Source: Azolla caroliniana (Eukaryota; Plantae; Polypodiophyta). Taken from it: DNA of 64,000 nt. The notes under the pieces were generated by a model, which was given only the letters and a program-made list of their open reading frames with translations, was not told the origin of the DNA and ran no database searches. The translations under genes were made by a program, and so were the position numbers. The stretch is taken from contig JBHGNT010000016.1 of NCBI GenBank assembly GCA_043228905.1, positions 1,674,001-1,738,000 on the forward strand. Direction: 5' to 3'. The first letter of the stretch is position 1, and each line of letters begins with the position of its first letter. Below, one piece after another: positions 50,035 to 63,780 of the stretch.

Positions 50035-51729
50035 CTGCCAAAACAAAATATAACTAGATGCATCACAGAAGATACCAACAAAAAAGTGCAATTAGCACAA
50101 CGGCAAATGCAGAGAAGGAAATCTATTAATTAAATATACAACAGGAAAATGAAATACAAAATAATGATTATATTGTAAAGACAATACTCATTTCAAAAAC
50201 ACCTACTTGGTCTTATACATATACCTGTGATATTATCTTTTCTTAGCTCTTATTGGATAGTCCAAATTAAGGTAAGACCAGGAAACACATGTAAGGATAT
50301 AATCAAATAATTCCCATCTCAAGTTATTCAGAATCACTCTACATCTAGGATTATTTTAAATAGATCAAAATGTTACCAGTGACATGGGGTACAGTATGAT
50401 AACATCACATGTTTATAGCGAGGATTCCTCAATCTTTCTTAAGAGCTCGGCATCTGAATATGTGTAGACAAGGCTTCATATCACACAACAGGGCCATTCC
50501 TATCTCCATTTTTTTAAATACATCAACATCTAACTACAAATCATAGTTAAGATTTGGATGAAAATTGCATGAATAAATGTCAACATAAATACTTGCCTCA
50601 AGGTTTCTAGTTATTCCATCTTGGCTGTTATAGTCTATATGAGGATAAATGAATTAGTGTTGTCTACAACCCACTAATCTCCATCTACACAATTATATCA
50701 GCTGCTTATCAATCTCAAGATTTGGATGAAAATTGCATGAAACAATATCAACAAAATACTTGCATCATAGGCAAAAGCATGAAGCTATTTCATCTTGGCC
50801 ATTTGTCAGCAATGGATTCATTTCCAGTATATGCTAGGAAAACAATTCAAGAGATTATCAAGTATAATGTTTTGGAAAATGTCATTGACTATTCATAATG
50901 ATGGGAAAGTGGAATCCATTTCACCAAATCCACTGAGATGTAACAACAATTTCCCAGGATTCCTATAGAAACATTTAAGCTCCAATCTTACATATTAGAA
51001 ACGGAAAGAAAAGAGGTTGATGTCTGGTGCATTAAATATGAAATCCTAGGATTTGATGGATTATTATCTAAGTCAATCATCAATATATGCAAAGAAAAAT
51101 ATGCGCAAATAACCAGTGCTATCTTTAACAGAAATCCTTCATATTTGTCCGTAATACACTTGTGCTTTGAGTGCTTGCGGCATTTTATGTTGCATTAGAA
51201 AGGTTCTTATCGTACCTTTTATGATTGTTCTTTGTGGATGAGCTTGTGGGGCTGTACTCTTGTCCTTCAACAACTTTTCCCTGTGCCTTGAGTTCTAGCA
51301 AGAAAAGTCCCAAGCACCGTCGGTCTTCATGTTCCATTACCTTGCGTCGGTAATGTTATCTCATTCTTATTTCATAAAAGACAGTATCATGACAAACATG
51401 GTGTTTTTCTGATTCCACTCCTTGATGATGCAATTGGCAAATTCTTTCTTCTAGGGGTATTCGTGCATATATGCCTACCTCAATCTCTACCTGATGTGAC
51501 GAAGTTTGATCTGCCATACACACTACACAGCGCATAGGATAGATATATGTCCACATAAGATGGCCTGATGATGAATCCATCCTCCAATGTGTGTAAAAAT
51601 TGAGTTTTATAATGACCCATCTTCGTACCAAATGATAATTTGCGGTTAGTCCATGTTATCTTCTTTGCCAAGTTAAGAATATCAGTTCGGATCACTCTAT
51701 TCTTTTCCACTTCAGTCATTTTTAGATGG

Positions 51730-54700
51730 GGATAGTCCAAGCTATATTGGAATGGAGTGCATTTATGTTTATGCCATATGACTTGAACCAATGTTGTATA
51801 CAAACACTACCTAATCGGTACGAAGGTCATAATAAAGACGGATTGTCTTCCAATGCTCGGGATGATATCAAGGGAGAGTTGAATGGGAAAGATAGTGCGA
51901 CAGCAAACTTAGCCATGCTAAGACTTAGTCGTCTACCGATACAGTTGCGTGGGAAAGATAGTGGCAGATAGGAGAGAGTTGAATGCTAATGAAGCTAAGG
52001 AGCTCTTTTAACGACTAGGAGTGAAGCTCTTCCTTATGACTGCTTACAACTCAGAAATAAAAGAGAAAATAGAGCATGGGCATGGGCTCACAATCAAGGC
52101 TATGGTCAAAGCCTGTGATGGAAGAGTTGGAGATTGGCCCTGATTATTGCCTTATGCCTTATGGGCAGATGGAACTATAGAAAATGCAGGGATCTAGACC
52201 AACTCTCACACAACAAGATCACTTGGAAGAGTTAAGGAAATATCAGTAGATTAGGAAAAAACGAGCATTGATTACAAAGATGTAGAATGGTTTATATAAC
52301 CAATTTCTACAGGTAGGTAGAAACCCAACAGTCACTTTATTAGGTTCACACTATTATAACTATATTCACACCTAACAACTACTTAACTAGGTTCATACTA
52401 TTCTAAGTATGTTCACACCCAACAATTACTTAACTAGGTTCACACTATTATAACAATGTTCACACCAAAGCTTTCATAGGATACACATTAAGTGTAACAA
52501 ACCCCCCTGAAGTGAATGGTGTGGACTTGAATGTGGTCACTATCTAGGTGTTGGAGAATGCCCAATTCCTTGTGAAAATATTCAAACTTTTCTCTTGATA
52601 GAGCTTTGGTGAAAATGTCTACAACATTTTCATGAGTTGGTACGTAGACCAAGTTTATCTCTTTAGCATGGAACTGCTCCATAGGAGAGGCTGAAATCCA
52701 TAGTGCCTTTGATGTAACAGAAAACTCGCTTGGCTGCTTGCCAATGCTTTGTTCCAAGGCTGTGCATAAACATGCTTAATTGCGAAACAGCATATTGAAT
52801 GTCAGGTCGCGTGTTGCACAAAAATATCAAACATCCTACAGCTTGCTGGTATAAGAGTACATCAGTTGGTTCTCCTTTGTCTTGGTATGAGAATTTGAAT
52901 CCTGCTTCTACAAGAGTGGAGATTGGCTTGCAGTCTTCAAACCTGAATCGTTGTACGAGCTTCTTGATGTAGTTTCCTTGACTGAGAAAAATGCCCCCGT
53001 CAACAGTAATAAATTGAATGCTGAGGTAGTAATGGAGATGACCAAGATCTGTAAGTTCAAATGTCTTAATAAGATCAGCTTTGAAATCTACAATTTCTTG
53101 CTCATCAGGTCCTGTGATTAGCAAATCATCAACGTAAATCACAACAATTAGTAATTTTTCTCCATCCCTTCGAACATAGAGAATGCTTTCAGTTGGGCGG
53201 TTTACAAAACTGAGTTGAAGAAGATGAGCATGAATCTTTGCATTCCATGCTCGAGGTGTTTGCTTCAAGCCGTACAAAGCTTTATGTAACCTGCAAACTT
53301 TAGTTTCTACACCTTTAATGATAAAACCTGGAGGTTGAGCTACATAAACCTCTTCTTCTAAATCTCCATTTAAGAAGGCGGTTTTAATGTCTAATTGGTG
53401 AACCTTCCATCCCTTACCTGCTGCTGCAGCAACTGTAGCTTTGATTGTAGTCATCTTTGAAATGGGGGCGAAGATTTCTTTATAGTCTATCCTCTCTTTT
53501 TGGGAACAACCTTTTGCCACAAGTCTTGCTTTAAAACAATTAATGCTTCCATCCGCATTACGCTTGACTTTGTAAATCCACTTGGTGGCAATTGCTTTTC
53601 TACCTTTAGGTAGATCACATAACTCCCAAGTGGTGTTCTTGTAGATGGACCCAAGTTCTGATTTCATGGCTTCAACCCAATGGTCATGTGTTAATGGTCA
53701 AGAGTATGGTAACAAAGTATCAAATGCATCTGGTTGATCAACAACTGGCTCTTCGGAGCAATCCACAAGTGGTTGAGTTGCATTTTCAGCAAATATCACA
53801 TCTCGGCTGATGATGATCTTACCTGTAGTGGGCTGAAACAACCGATAACCTTTGTTTTCTTTGTTATAGCCAACAAAGATGCATTTTGTTGCTTTGTCTT
53901 GAAGCTTATGGCGTTACTTGAAGCTTATAAAGGTTGTTGGACAAACTACTTGTTATGACAATGATATCGCCCTTTGTACGATCATGCATTGTGCATTTGT
54001 CATAGAGAAAATGGACAAGGTTTTTCTTTATGCCAGGAACATAGAGGACATTGTTCAAGGTGACTACGTCTCCATTGACAGCTGTAATATGAACTTGACC
54101 AATGCCTTTTATGATGTAAGAAGCATTATTTGCACAAGTAACAGTGCCCGCCTTATGGCAAGCATCTTCAAGTGTAACAAAGAAATTTTTACAAGAAGTT
54201 ATGTGTTTAGAAGCACCGCTATCAAAATAACAAGCATCCATAGAGTCACTTACCGATAAACATACGTCATCCTTTGAGGGATCATACATTGTATGTATCG
54301 AGAATGCCCACTCATGTTGAGCAATGTCTGCTTCTACCTTCATACCAGTAGAGGTGGTAACATTAAGACCAGATTGTTTTTTCTTCTCTTCACTAGCTTT
54401 CCTTTTTCGACATTCGCTAATATCATGGCCTGGTTTACGACAATAATTGCACCTTATCTTCTTCTTCTCATCATGGAAAGTCGAGGCATCATTGCCTTTA
54501 GAAGGAAGGTTATTTTGTTTTCGTCCTTGTTGGCCTTTGAACTTGGAAGGGGTAACAAAAGCTTGATCACCACTATTAAGAACATCTCAATTTGCTAAGA
54601 TCCTTGATTTTAGTTCCTTGAAGTCCTTGATTTTTGTTAAGAATGCGTCCATGGATTCAGCTTCTTGCATCCTTGTTTCTTCAAGTTGTCGCTTAAGTAT

Positions 54701-56123
54701 AGCGACTCTTGCTTCATTCGTTTGAGCATACAGGTTCTTTAACACATCCCATGCACTTTTTGAGGTTGTGCAAGATCGGATATGTCGAACAATGTGACGT
54801 TTGACCGATAATGCGATGAGAGCATGGGCTTGAGCGTCCTTAACATCCCACTTAAGTTGTGAAGAAGTGGATTGTTGAGTGGAGCTTGAAGCATTGTTTG
54901 CGTCCGTTCTTGAAGGGGAGGGAGAGTTTGGAGAAGAACTTGAAGTTGGACGTTCATCGGATTCGACGACAATGTCCCATAGTTGCTTTGCTACCAGTAC
55001 ATGTCTCATCATGTACGCCCACATAGGATAGTTAGTACCATCCAACTTGTCTTCAGCATTAAGCATACTGAAAATATTAGTTTGCTCAGCCATTGCAGAA
55101 GCAAGAAATATGGATGAGATATTGCAGTACTTGGTGGTTATATTCACCAAAATGTAATAAAGCAATATAATATTGAAGAAATAGATGAGAGAGATAAGAG
55201 TTACTCTGATGTGCTGAAAACTTATTTTGTTGTGGTAAAAACTGGTTGCTGTAGTTAGGGTTTAAGACTACTACAAAATTTGTTTTGACTGTACCTCCAA
55301 AACCAAAAATCTGATTTGACCGTACAGGTAGTCAGAAGAATCGGCTCGTAATCTACTTTTTGAAAATGTGAAAATAGGGAAAGATCGCCTTTGTTGCAAC
55401 TTTCTGTTGTTTGAACTTTCGTTGTTGTAGATGGAGAGGTTTGATGTCTTCTTAGGTGGGAAAGAGATCAACAAAAAGATCTGTGTATGCCTATTTGGAA
55501 GGATAGGATAGAGAAAGCAACCTAAACTTGCTCTGATACCATATGTAGAAAATGCAAGGATCTAGACTAACTCTCACACAGCAAGATCACTTAAAGACTT
55601 AAGACTTAAGGAAATATCAATAGATTAGGAAATGATGATCGTTGATTACAAAGATGTAGAATGGTTTATATAACCAGTTTCTACAGGTAGATAGAAACCC
55701 AACAGTCACCAAGTTCACACTATCATAACTATATTCCCACCTAACAGCTACTTAACTAGGTTCATACTATTCTAAGTATGTTCACACCTAACAGTTACTT
55801 AACTAGGTTCACAGTATTATAACAATGTTCACACCAAGGTTTTCATAGGATCCACATTAAGTGTAACAGGAACCACCCACAATTCAATGCCAAGGTTCAT
55901 GCCAACCGAGCTCATGTAGGAGCAAAAGCTGGTGATACACTTCCAAGAGACGATCACCTCATGGGAAGCGATGTTATCGTAGGAGAATGAAATAAGCCGA
56001 GAAGAGCTTCTGACAACAAGGATAAGACAACTAGAGAGAAGACCAGAAGACTTCCAGTTGGCACTGGGAGGTTTGAAGCTACATGGGTCAAAAACAAGTG
56101 TAGATTCAACAAGACACACCGAC
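51730..56123 (+). mobile_element. Degraded Ty3/gypsy pol (RNaseH plus integrase), split by the copia at 52176-55868
   Basis: YKHYLIGTKVIIKTDCLPMLGMI, IVADRRELNANEAKELF, VKAC..WP.LLPYALWAD | TTHNS..FMPTELM..EISREELL..RIRQLERRPED..NK.RF.KTHR. Confidence 0.75.
52176..55868 (-). mobile_element. Ty1/copia LTR retrotransposon with both LTRs, internally deleted (3.7 kb)
   Basis: LTRs 52176-52499 and 55544-55868. TSD GGAAC at 52171-52175 and 55869-55873. PBS TGGTATCAGAGCA (55541-55529) and a PPT next to 52500. gag, protease (YFDSGASKHIT) and RT (YVDD) are present; most of integrase and RNaseH is deleted. Confidence 0.95.
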
Positions 56124-58349
56124 CGTGCCATCCCTTTGGTTACCAACCCACCCCCCGACCACATCCCCCCACCTTCTAGTAACCACCACGCCCGCACAAA
56201 CCCATGTAAAGTAAAGTAAAAACTCCACACATACAAGAGAAGGGTAAAAGCATAATAGAGACCCCAAACCTGGCCCCGAAACACAAAACCCTTAGAAAAC
56301 CTGCCCATTCCCACTCATTTTGAAACTATTTGCCAAGGCTCTATCTTAAATACGGTTCTTAGGGAACTACTAGGAAACGCCATAGAGCCCAGGAAATGCT
56401 TCACAAATACGAAACCAACCTCAAAGAAAACTTTATCTCTAACTCCCTTCGCATTAACCCTCCTAGAATAACAAACAACAACGAAAACCCACAAAACACC
56501 CTTAACCAAAAACTCAACGATCTCACATCCGAGTATCATAGAAACTGCAGTTTAACCGTAATAGAAGCACAAAAATCCCTAGCAATGAGTTTCACGGAAA
56601 CCATTAAGAATTTCCCTAGCATAATAGAAAAGAAAATCCAAGGCATTGTAACATTGCTCTTGGATATCCCTCTTCACAACCTCACCACACCAATGGGAAG
56701 AAAAACTCCAACATTGGAAAAACGAAACTCTTACTAAGTTTAACAGCAACCTAGAAAAAGACACTTTAGAATTTAGCATACAAATCTCACTAGAGGCTAA
56801 AACTAAAGCAGCCAACAAATCGGCCTAAGACACCATCATATCCAAGTCTATGACTGTGGACAAGAAAAAAACAGTAAACACATTAATAGGTAACGGTTTA
56901 AAAAAAATCAAGAACCAAGTAGATAACTATCTCCAACACTTTTTAGACAAAATCAATAAAGAGAACCCAAACTTTCGTCCAAAAAACGGGGCACCGCACC
57001 TGCCAAAAAATAGGGGTGCCCCAAAGACACACAACCATACAAAAACACCACATATCCCCCACTATCCCAACCTCCTTCTCAAAAGCCTAGTCCTTGATCC
57101 CAAACTGTGGGCAAAACTATGCACATCCCATACCCCATACGCACCCAACATTCGTCCCTATGAGTGCACCACCCTTCACCTTCTTATCTCCACTTATGAC
57201 TCAATCGAGCCACCCCCAACTGCACACCCCCACACCTTCAAACCCACCATACGATCTCTCCCAGGACTGCAGTCCCACGGCCTGCACCCTATCTCCGACC
57301 CTCAACCTATCCCCACACCACCAACACTCACAGTACAAGACCAAAACTAAACCCCTACCAAAACCACACAAAACACCTAGATATATAGACTTAGGAAACT
57401 ACATTGGCTCCCACTTCTCCAACCATCACTCTACCTCAACATTCTACTAGGTAGGCAAACCCTCCTAACTAGAAAATAGAATCACAAATTACTCACTACA
57501 CAACCTTAGCTCCTTGCACCTCCCTCCCTCCCAAATCAAACTCTTAAATTTGGGACTAGATTTCATCCCCCCACCCAAAACCATTAAAAAACAACACCTA
57601 ATAAATGTCATCACATCCCTATATAAAACCTACCATCTTAGATTCTTTTTTAGAAATTCTACAAACCTTATCTCCCCATTTAGAATCCCAAACCCTAGTT
57701 GGAATCCCCCACCCCCACCATACATTACCCAAACCATCACATCTATTGCCTCCGCATTCCCTCCCCCATCTACTACACAACCTCACTCCGATAAAAAGTT
57801 TAGAATCACACTGCAAAACCTAAAAAACAATCACGACATAATCATAACACCCACTGACAAAAATCTAGGCACATGCATTCTCTCCAAAGAGTAATATCTT
57901 GAGGAATGCTTTAGGCAACTTAATGACAAAAACACATATACCCCAGTGGAAGAAGTCCCCCTTAAAACTCTCCAGCGCCGGCTCGAACACCTGTCTCAAA
58001 GCATCTCCTCACCTCTCTAAAGAGGAAATTAGGTTTCTCCTTTTGAAACCTAAACATGGCTTCCACGTATGCCGTTTCTATATCATCCTGAAAATCCACA
58101 AACCCAAAGTAGGACGCCCCATTTGTGCTTACAACGACTACGTTTTTTAACAAGCCTCCAAATGGTTACAACATCTATTACAGACCCATCCTACTATCCA
58201 AAAAACAACACCTTAAAGACTCACAAACACTCATTGAAGACCTAGCACACCACACCTTCACCAAATCTTTCACACTCTTTACTTTTGACATAGTATCATT
58301 ATATCCTAGTATACCCACGGAAGGTCTAATAGTCTTTAAAAAAACATAG
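56124..58349 (+). mobile_element. Penelope-like retroelement (PLE), N-terminal region plus RT to just past motif A, degenerate
   Basis: HNLSSLHLPPSQIKLLNLGLDFIP, LKNNHDIIITPTDKNLGTCILSK, RFYIILKIHKPKVGRPIC and LKDS..LI...LFTFDIVSLYPSIP are diagnostic PLE RT motifs. The sense strand is strongly C/A-rich. Confidence 0.85.
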
Positions 58350-58498
58350 TATTAGACCTTCCGTGGTAGGTATACTAGGATATAATGATACTATGTCAAA
58401 AGTAAAGAGTGTGAAAGATTTGGGGAAAGTGTGGTGTGCTAGGTTTTTCACGAGTGTTAGCGAGTCTTTAAGGTATTGTTTTTGGATAGTAGGATGGG
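58185..58498. repeat. About 147-bp inverted repeat of PLE RT sequence with an 18-nt spacer
   Basis: Arms 58185-58331 and 58350-58498; spacer GTCTTTAAAAAAACATAG. Confidence 0.93.
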
Positions 58499-58504
58499 GT
58501 GTAG

Positions 58505-61500
58505 TCCGTCTGTGCCATCTGTGGTGGCGTTTTTCTGCTGTTGAAAAAACAAATTTCTGCGTGTTTTCTTTCTCTACGCAGTTTCAGTTGTGTTTTTTTT
58601 CTGCTTCCAAGTCGATTCAATCCTAGAAAAAGCCTCCTTGAGTCTTCCAAGACATTCCTATAACCCTCAGAAATCATATTTGCTTCCCTTTTCTCTTCAC
58701 TTGTTCATCTTTCAAGTCAAAGAGGTACGTTATTCCCTTCAGCAGTCCATTTTTTACATCAAAACGTGTTTATCCACGGCCATGGCTGAGAACAACGATG
58801 TATTTCGAATGCTTGCTGTTGAGGATAAACTAGATGGAACAAATTACCCTCTTTGGGCTTATATGATGCACCATGTATTGGTAGCAAAGGGGTTGTGGAA
58901 TGTGGTTCAAGGGGCTGAAAAACGTCTTGTTGTTGAGAACACTAATGCTGATGGTACTGATTCTGTTGAGGATGTTGATCATCCTGCTCATGCCCATGCT
59001 ACAGTTTCTATTGTACCAACTGCAGAGCAACTTTGTTGGGATGGCAGAGATGCTCAGGCACATGCTTTGATAGCTTTGTCTGTGAAACGTGCCATTATTC
59101 CCCATATTCGCTCTTGTAAGACAGCAAAGGATGCTTGGGATACTCTTACCACTTTGTACCAAGCGAGAAATGAGGCTCGTGTTGCTTATCTCCAAAAACA
59201 ATTGGAGAGCGAGCACATGAATGAAGGTGATTCTATGGACAGTTTTCTTACAAAAATCAAAGATGCAGACCATTCTAAATGGTCTTCCTGATTCATATCA
59301 GAGTTTTGCTTCTACTCTTCGTTTAATGATGAAAGGCAATCCCAATGCCTTATCATCCGAGGAGCTAGTCTATGTTTTGTTACAGGAAGATCAGTCTAGG
59401 CAAAACAGGTCTATTATGCGTGTTGCAGATCAAGCTTTCCTAGCTAGTCAGAAGGGCAAAGGTAAATGGAACTCTTCTGCTAGCAAGCAAAGATTTGCTA
59501 ATAATTCACAAGTGAATGAAAAAAAACAAGAGCAGAAACAAAAACTGTTTTGCAAATATTGTAAAGGAATTGATCATATTATAAAGAACTGTCCAAAATT
59601 GGCTGCAAAAGAGGCAGGACTCGTTGTTGCAGAAGTCTCTACACCAAAAATAGAGTCTGCAAATCTTGTGCAGAATGAAGAATGGGCATTTACTACTGTT
59701 TGCAGTTTTGACCCATCTTCACTTGAACAATGCATGTCTGTTGTACAATCAGATGTTTGGTACTTCGATAGTGGGGCAACCAAACATATTACCTCGCAGC
59801 GCAATTTCTTCACTTCATTGGAGCCTGCCCCTACAGGGAATACTGTCACATGCGCCAACAACTCATCTTATCCAGTTATGGGTGTTGGTACGATCATTTT
59901 GACTACTGCTGATGGTAGTCCTTTCATCTTGTCAGATGCTTTGTTTGTGCTAGGGATCAAGAAAAATCTGTTGTCAGTTTCAGCATTAGCCAAGGTTGGC
60001 TTGGTTGTTAAATTTGTTGATGACAGGTGTACAGTTCATGATTTGTCCAATGGGGATGTTATCATTGCTTCTGGCATTTTATGTTGTGGGCTGTATAAGC
60101 TCATAGATTATGAAAGATCTATAAATGATTCAGCCTGTGCAATACAGGATTCTCAGGCTATTTCAGATGCAAAGATTTGGCATGCATGCTTGGTCATCTG
60201 AATTTTGCAAGTTTGCTTCGCCTACAAAAATCTGAAATGGTGTCCTCCTTGCCCAAACTTGAGGCACCTCGGAAGCATGTTTGTGAAGGCTGCATTTTGG
60301 GCAAAATTCACCGTTCATCCTTACCAAAAGATGGTTCAGTTCGAGCTACGCAGAAATTGCAGCTTGTTCATAGCGATGTCTGTGGTCCTATGCAGACACA
60401 TTCTCTTGGGAACTATCTTTATTTTGTGACTTTCATTGATGACTTTTCTAGGCATGCATGGGTATATCCATTGAATGCAAAGTCCGAAGTGTTTCTGTGC
60501 TTCAAACAATTTCTAGCTTTGACTGAGAATTTGTCATCATGTAAAATGGGCACCCTGCGTTCTGATCGAGGGGGGGAGTATATGTCTTCTAAGTTTAATG
60601 CATTTCTGGCTGAACGTGGGATAAAACATCAGTGCATAGTGCCATATACACCTCAACAAAATGGAGTTGCTGAAAGAAAGAACAGGTCACTCATGGAAAT
60701 GGCGAGGTGTATGGTCAAAAGTCAGGCCTTACCACATAGTTTCTGGCTTGAGGCTGTCATGTGTGCAGCATATGTACTTAACAAGTGTCCCACTAAAGCA
60801 CTGCACTCTATCACTCCATATGAAGCTTGGCATGGCCAAAAGCCATCTGTTGCTCATCTGCGTGTTTTTGGTTGTTTGGCATATGCATTAGTGCCTAAAC
60901 AACAACCCAAAAAATTGGATGATAAAGCAGTGAAATGTATTTTTGTAGGATATAGTTCTGAAAGTAAAGGCTATCGTCTGTATCATCCACAATCTAAACG
61001 CATTTTGGTTAGCCATGATGTTGTTTGTGGAGGATGCAATTCAGCCACTTCTTTCATGTATGAAGGAGACATCAGTTAGCTCCAAAGATGTGTATGACAC
61101 TTTGTTGCCTCTGTTTACAAGTGGACAATTAAGTGTTGACCCACTTGAGGCACCTTCTCAGCCTTTGGAAGTTACTCATAATGATGCAGATCATTCCATT
61201 TCTGATGCAGATCAGTCTATTTCTGATGTAAACTTACATGATGCACTTATTAATGAGAGGGCTGATATAGAGGAGGCAAAGACTGTGCCTAGATGGCTGT
61301 TGCAGACTTTGCAAGACAGTAAATTGGATTTTCCTTTGCTATACCGTACTCGTTCAAGTTATCATAGTGCTTCGTTTGCATCAGATTGTTATGCAATGGC
61401 TGCCTCTAGTCTTTGCAATGAGAATGAGCCTGTTTCTTTTGATGAAGCAAAAAATTCAAAAAATTGGATGGTTGCTATGCAATCAGAATATGATGCTATT

Positions 61501-63200
61501 ATGAAGACTGGTACATGGTCTTTATGTGACTTGCCTCTTGGCAAGAAGGCTATTGGCACTAAGTGGGTATATAAGCTAAAGCGTAAACCTGATGGAACAA
61601 TTGACAGGTATAAGGCTAGGCTTGTTGCGAAAGGTTATGCCCAAGAAAAAGGCATTGATTTTGATGAGACCTTTGCTCCCACCTGCCCTATGACTACTGT
61701 TCGTAGCATCTGTGCAATTGCAGCTCATCGTGGTTGGAATGTACATCAGTTGGACATTAAAACAGCATTTCTAAATGGTGATCTTCATGAGGAAGTGTAT
61801 GTATCCTAGCCCCGTGGTTTTGTGCAAAATGGGCATGAACACAAAGTGTGCAGGTTGCGAAAGGCATTATATGGCTTGAAGCAAGCACCACGTTCTTGGT
61901 ATGAAAAGATACATGCCTATTTGATTGCATTTGGGTTTGAGAATAGTCCAACTGAAAGCACCTTATATGTTAAGCATGCTGATGATGTATTTCTGATCAA
62001 GGTTGTGTATGTCGATGATATGTTGCTCACTAGTCCCAATGAGAAGCATATTGCTGATTTTAAGGCTGATTTGCATGCCTCCTTTGAGATGTCAGATTTG
62101 GGGCATTTGCATCATTATTTGGGCATTCAATTCATGCAAGTTCATGGTGGAATAGCTTTGTGTCAATTGAAATACATCGACACATTATTACAGCGTTTTG
62201 GCCTTGAAGACTGTAAACCTATTGCCACTCCCATGGAAACAGGTTTACGTTTGAGCCTTCATGATGCTGGAAATGTATTTGATGCTGTTCTCTATCAGCA
62301 GGCAGTTGGATGCTTGCTTTACTTATGCATAACCCAACCTGACATTCAGTTTGCTGTCTCTCAGATGAGCAGGTTTATGCATTACCCAGGAGTTAAGCAT
62401 TGGCAGGCAGTTAAGCGCATCTTTCGCTACTTGAGTGGTACCTGGTCATTTGGGTTGTTTTATCCCAAGGGGGGATCACTACCGCCAGACCTGCATGCTT
62501 TTTCTGACTCTGATTGGGCTGGTTGTTATGACACTCGTGTGTCCACAAGTGGTTTTTGCTTCATGCTTGGTAGCTCATGCATATCTTGGTTGAGCAAGAA
62601 GCAGCCTACTGTGGCCACTTCTAGTTGTGAGGCTGAGTATAGGGCAACTTTCACAGCTACAGTTGAGTGTGTGTGGCTCAGACGCCTTTTAGCTGATTTG
62701 GGTGTTGGTCAGTCTTCTGCCGCCACCATCTTCACTGACAGTCAAAGCGCAATTGCAGTTGCGAGGAACCCTGTGTTCCATGTGCGACTAAGCACATTGA
62801 GGTGCATTATCATTATGCCAGGGAAAGGTTCTCTGCTGGAGAGATCAGATTGGCTTATGTGCCCACGCAGGAGAACATTGCAAACCTCTTCACAAAGGCT
62901 CTGCCTAGGGAGAAGTTTGAAGCTTTCCACAAAGCTTTAGGACTAATCCCATTTGTGGATTCATCTCTATCCACATAGCTTGACACTTGTTTAACCATGA
63001 GTGTCAGCTCCTTGTTCACCGCATCACTCCCAAGGGGGATTTGTTGACATATTTTGGTAGTGATGTGTGTGAACACATTTAGGACAATAATGTGTGAACA
63101 CACTTAGGACAGTGATGTGTGTGAACACACTTAGGACTACAGGGGCATTTTTTCCCTCTTTAGGAGGTTTTTTCCCCCTGTCTAAAAATACTCTTGTAAC
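58505..63200 (+). mobile_element. Ty1/copia element (gag-PR-IN-RT-RNaseH), 5' LTR/PBS missing, 3' LTR truncated
   Basis: gag from ATG 58782, CKYC..H...C knuckle, WYFDSGATKH, integrase HSDVCGP/FIDDFSR/NGVAERKNR, RT YVDDML, RNaseH FSDSDWAG. Frameshifts and a stop at about 61807. PPT AAGGGGGA at about 63032 and LTR starting TG at 63042. gag closely resembles that of the 52176 element. Confidence 0.92.
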
Positions 63201-63339
63201 CCTAAAGTGGAGTAAGCTTTTTGGGATTCAAAGCAAGAACCCAACAGAAAATAGTGAAAGTGGGAGGGGTACAGTAAAATGTAGAAGAGAGGAAGGAAGC
63301 GTAGAAAGTAAAAACAGTAAAAGTAGAAGAGAGGCAGAA

Positions 63340-63780
63340 CTTTGAAATTTTCTCTCTACCCCTCCCCCTTTCCCTTCTATTTTTCACTCTAATCCCTCCC
63401 CCCCCCTTTTTTCTTCTTTACCCTCCTATTTCTCCCCCCTCTCATTTAGCTTTCACTTTGTTATTTTTTCACTCTACCTCTCCCTTTTCTTTTCTAAATT
63501 TTCACTTTACCCCTCCCCCCTTTTCACTTCTAACTTCACTCTACCCCTGCCCTCCTTTTTTTACCTCTAAATTTGCGTCCTACCCCTCCCCCCTTCTCTT
63601 CTAAATTTCACTCTACCCCTCCCCCTTACTTTCCTCTAAATTTCACTCTACCCCTTCCTCTTCTTTTTTTAAATTTCATTCGACCCCTCCCTCTTTTACT
63701 TCTACATTTTTTACTTTCTACCCCTCCCTCTCTTCTAAATTTTACTCTGCCCTCCCGTCTTTTATTTCAACCTTTTTCTC
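63340..63780. repeat. Pyrimidine-rich TTTCACTCTACCCCTCCCC minisatellite, same motif as 26385-27600
   Basis: About a dozen degenerate units seen directly. Confidence 0.85.

Noticed and set aside
50200-50650. Candidate upstream AFG1 exons
   Set aside because: Splice-like sites exist, but the frames have stops or lack the expected TSNRxP/Walker motifs.
52340-52470. Short regularly spaced repeats resembling a CRISPR array
   Set aside because: Internal tandem repeats of the copia LTR, also present in the other LTR; no unique spacers and a eukaryotic context.
56124-56400. Hammerhead ribozyme expected near PLE ends
   Set aside because: No CTGANGA...GAAA core seen here; the element ends may be missing.
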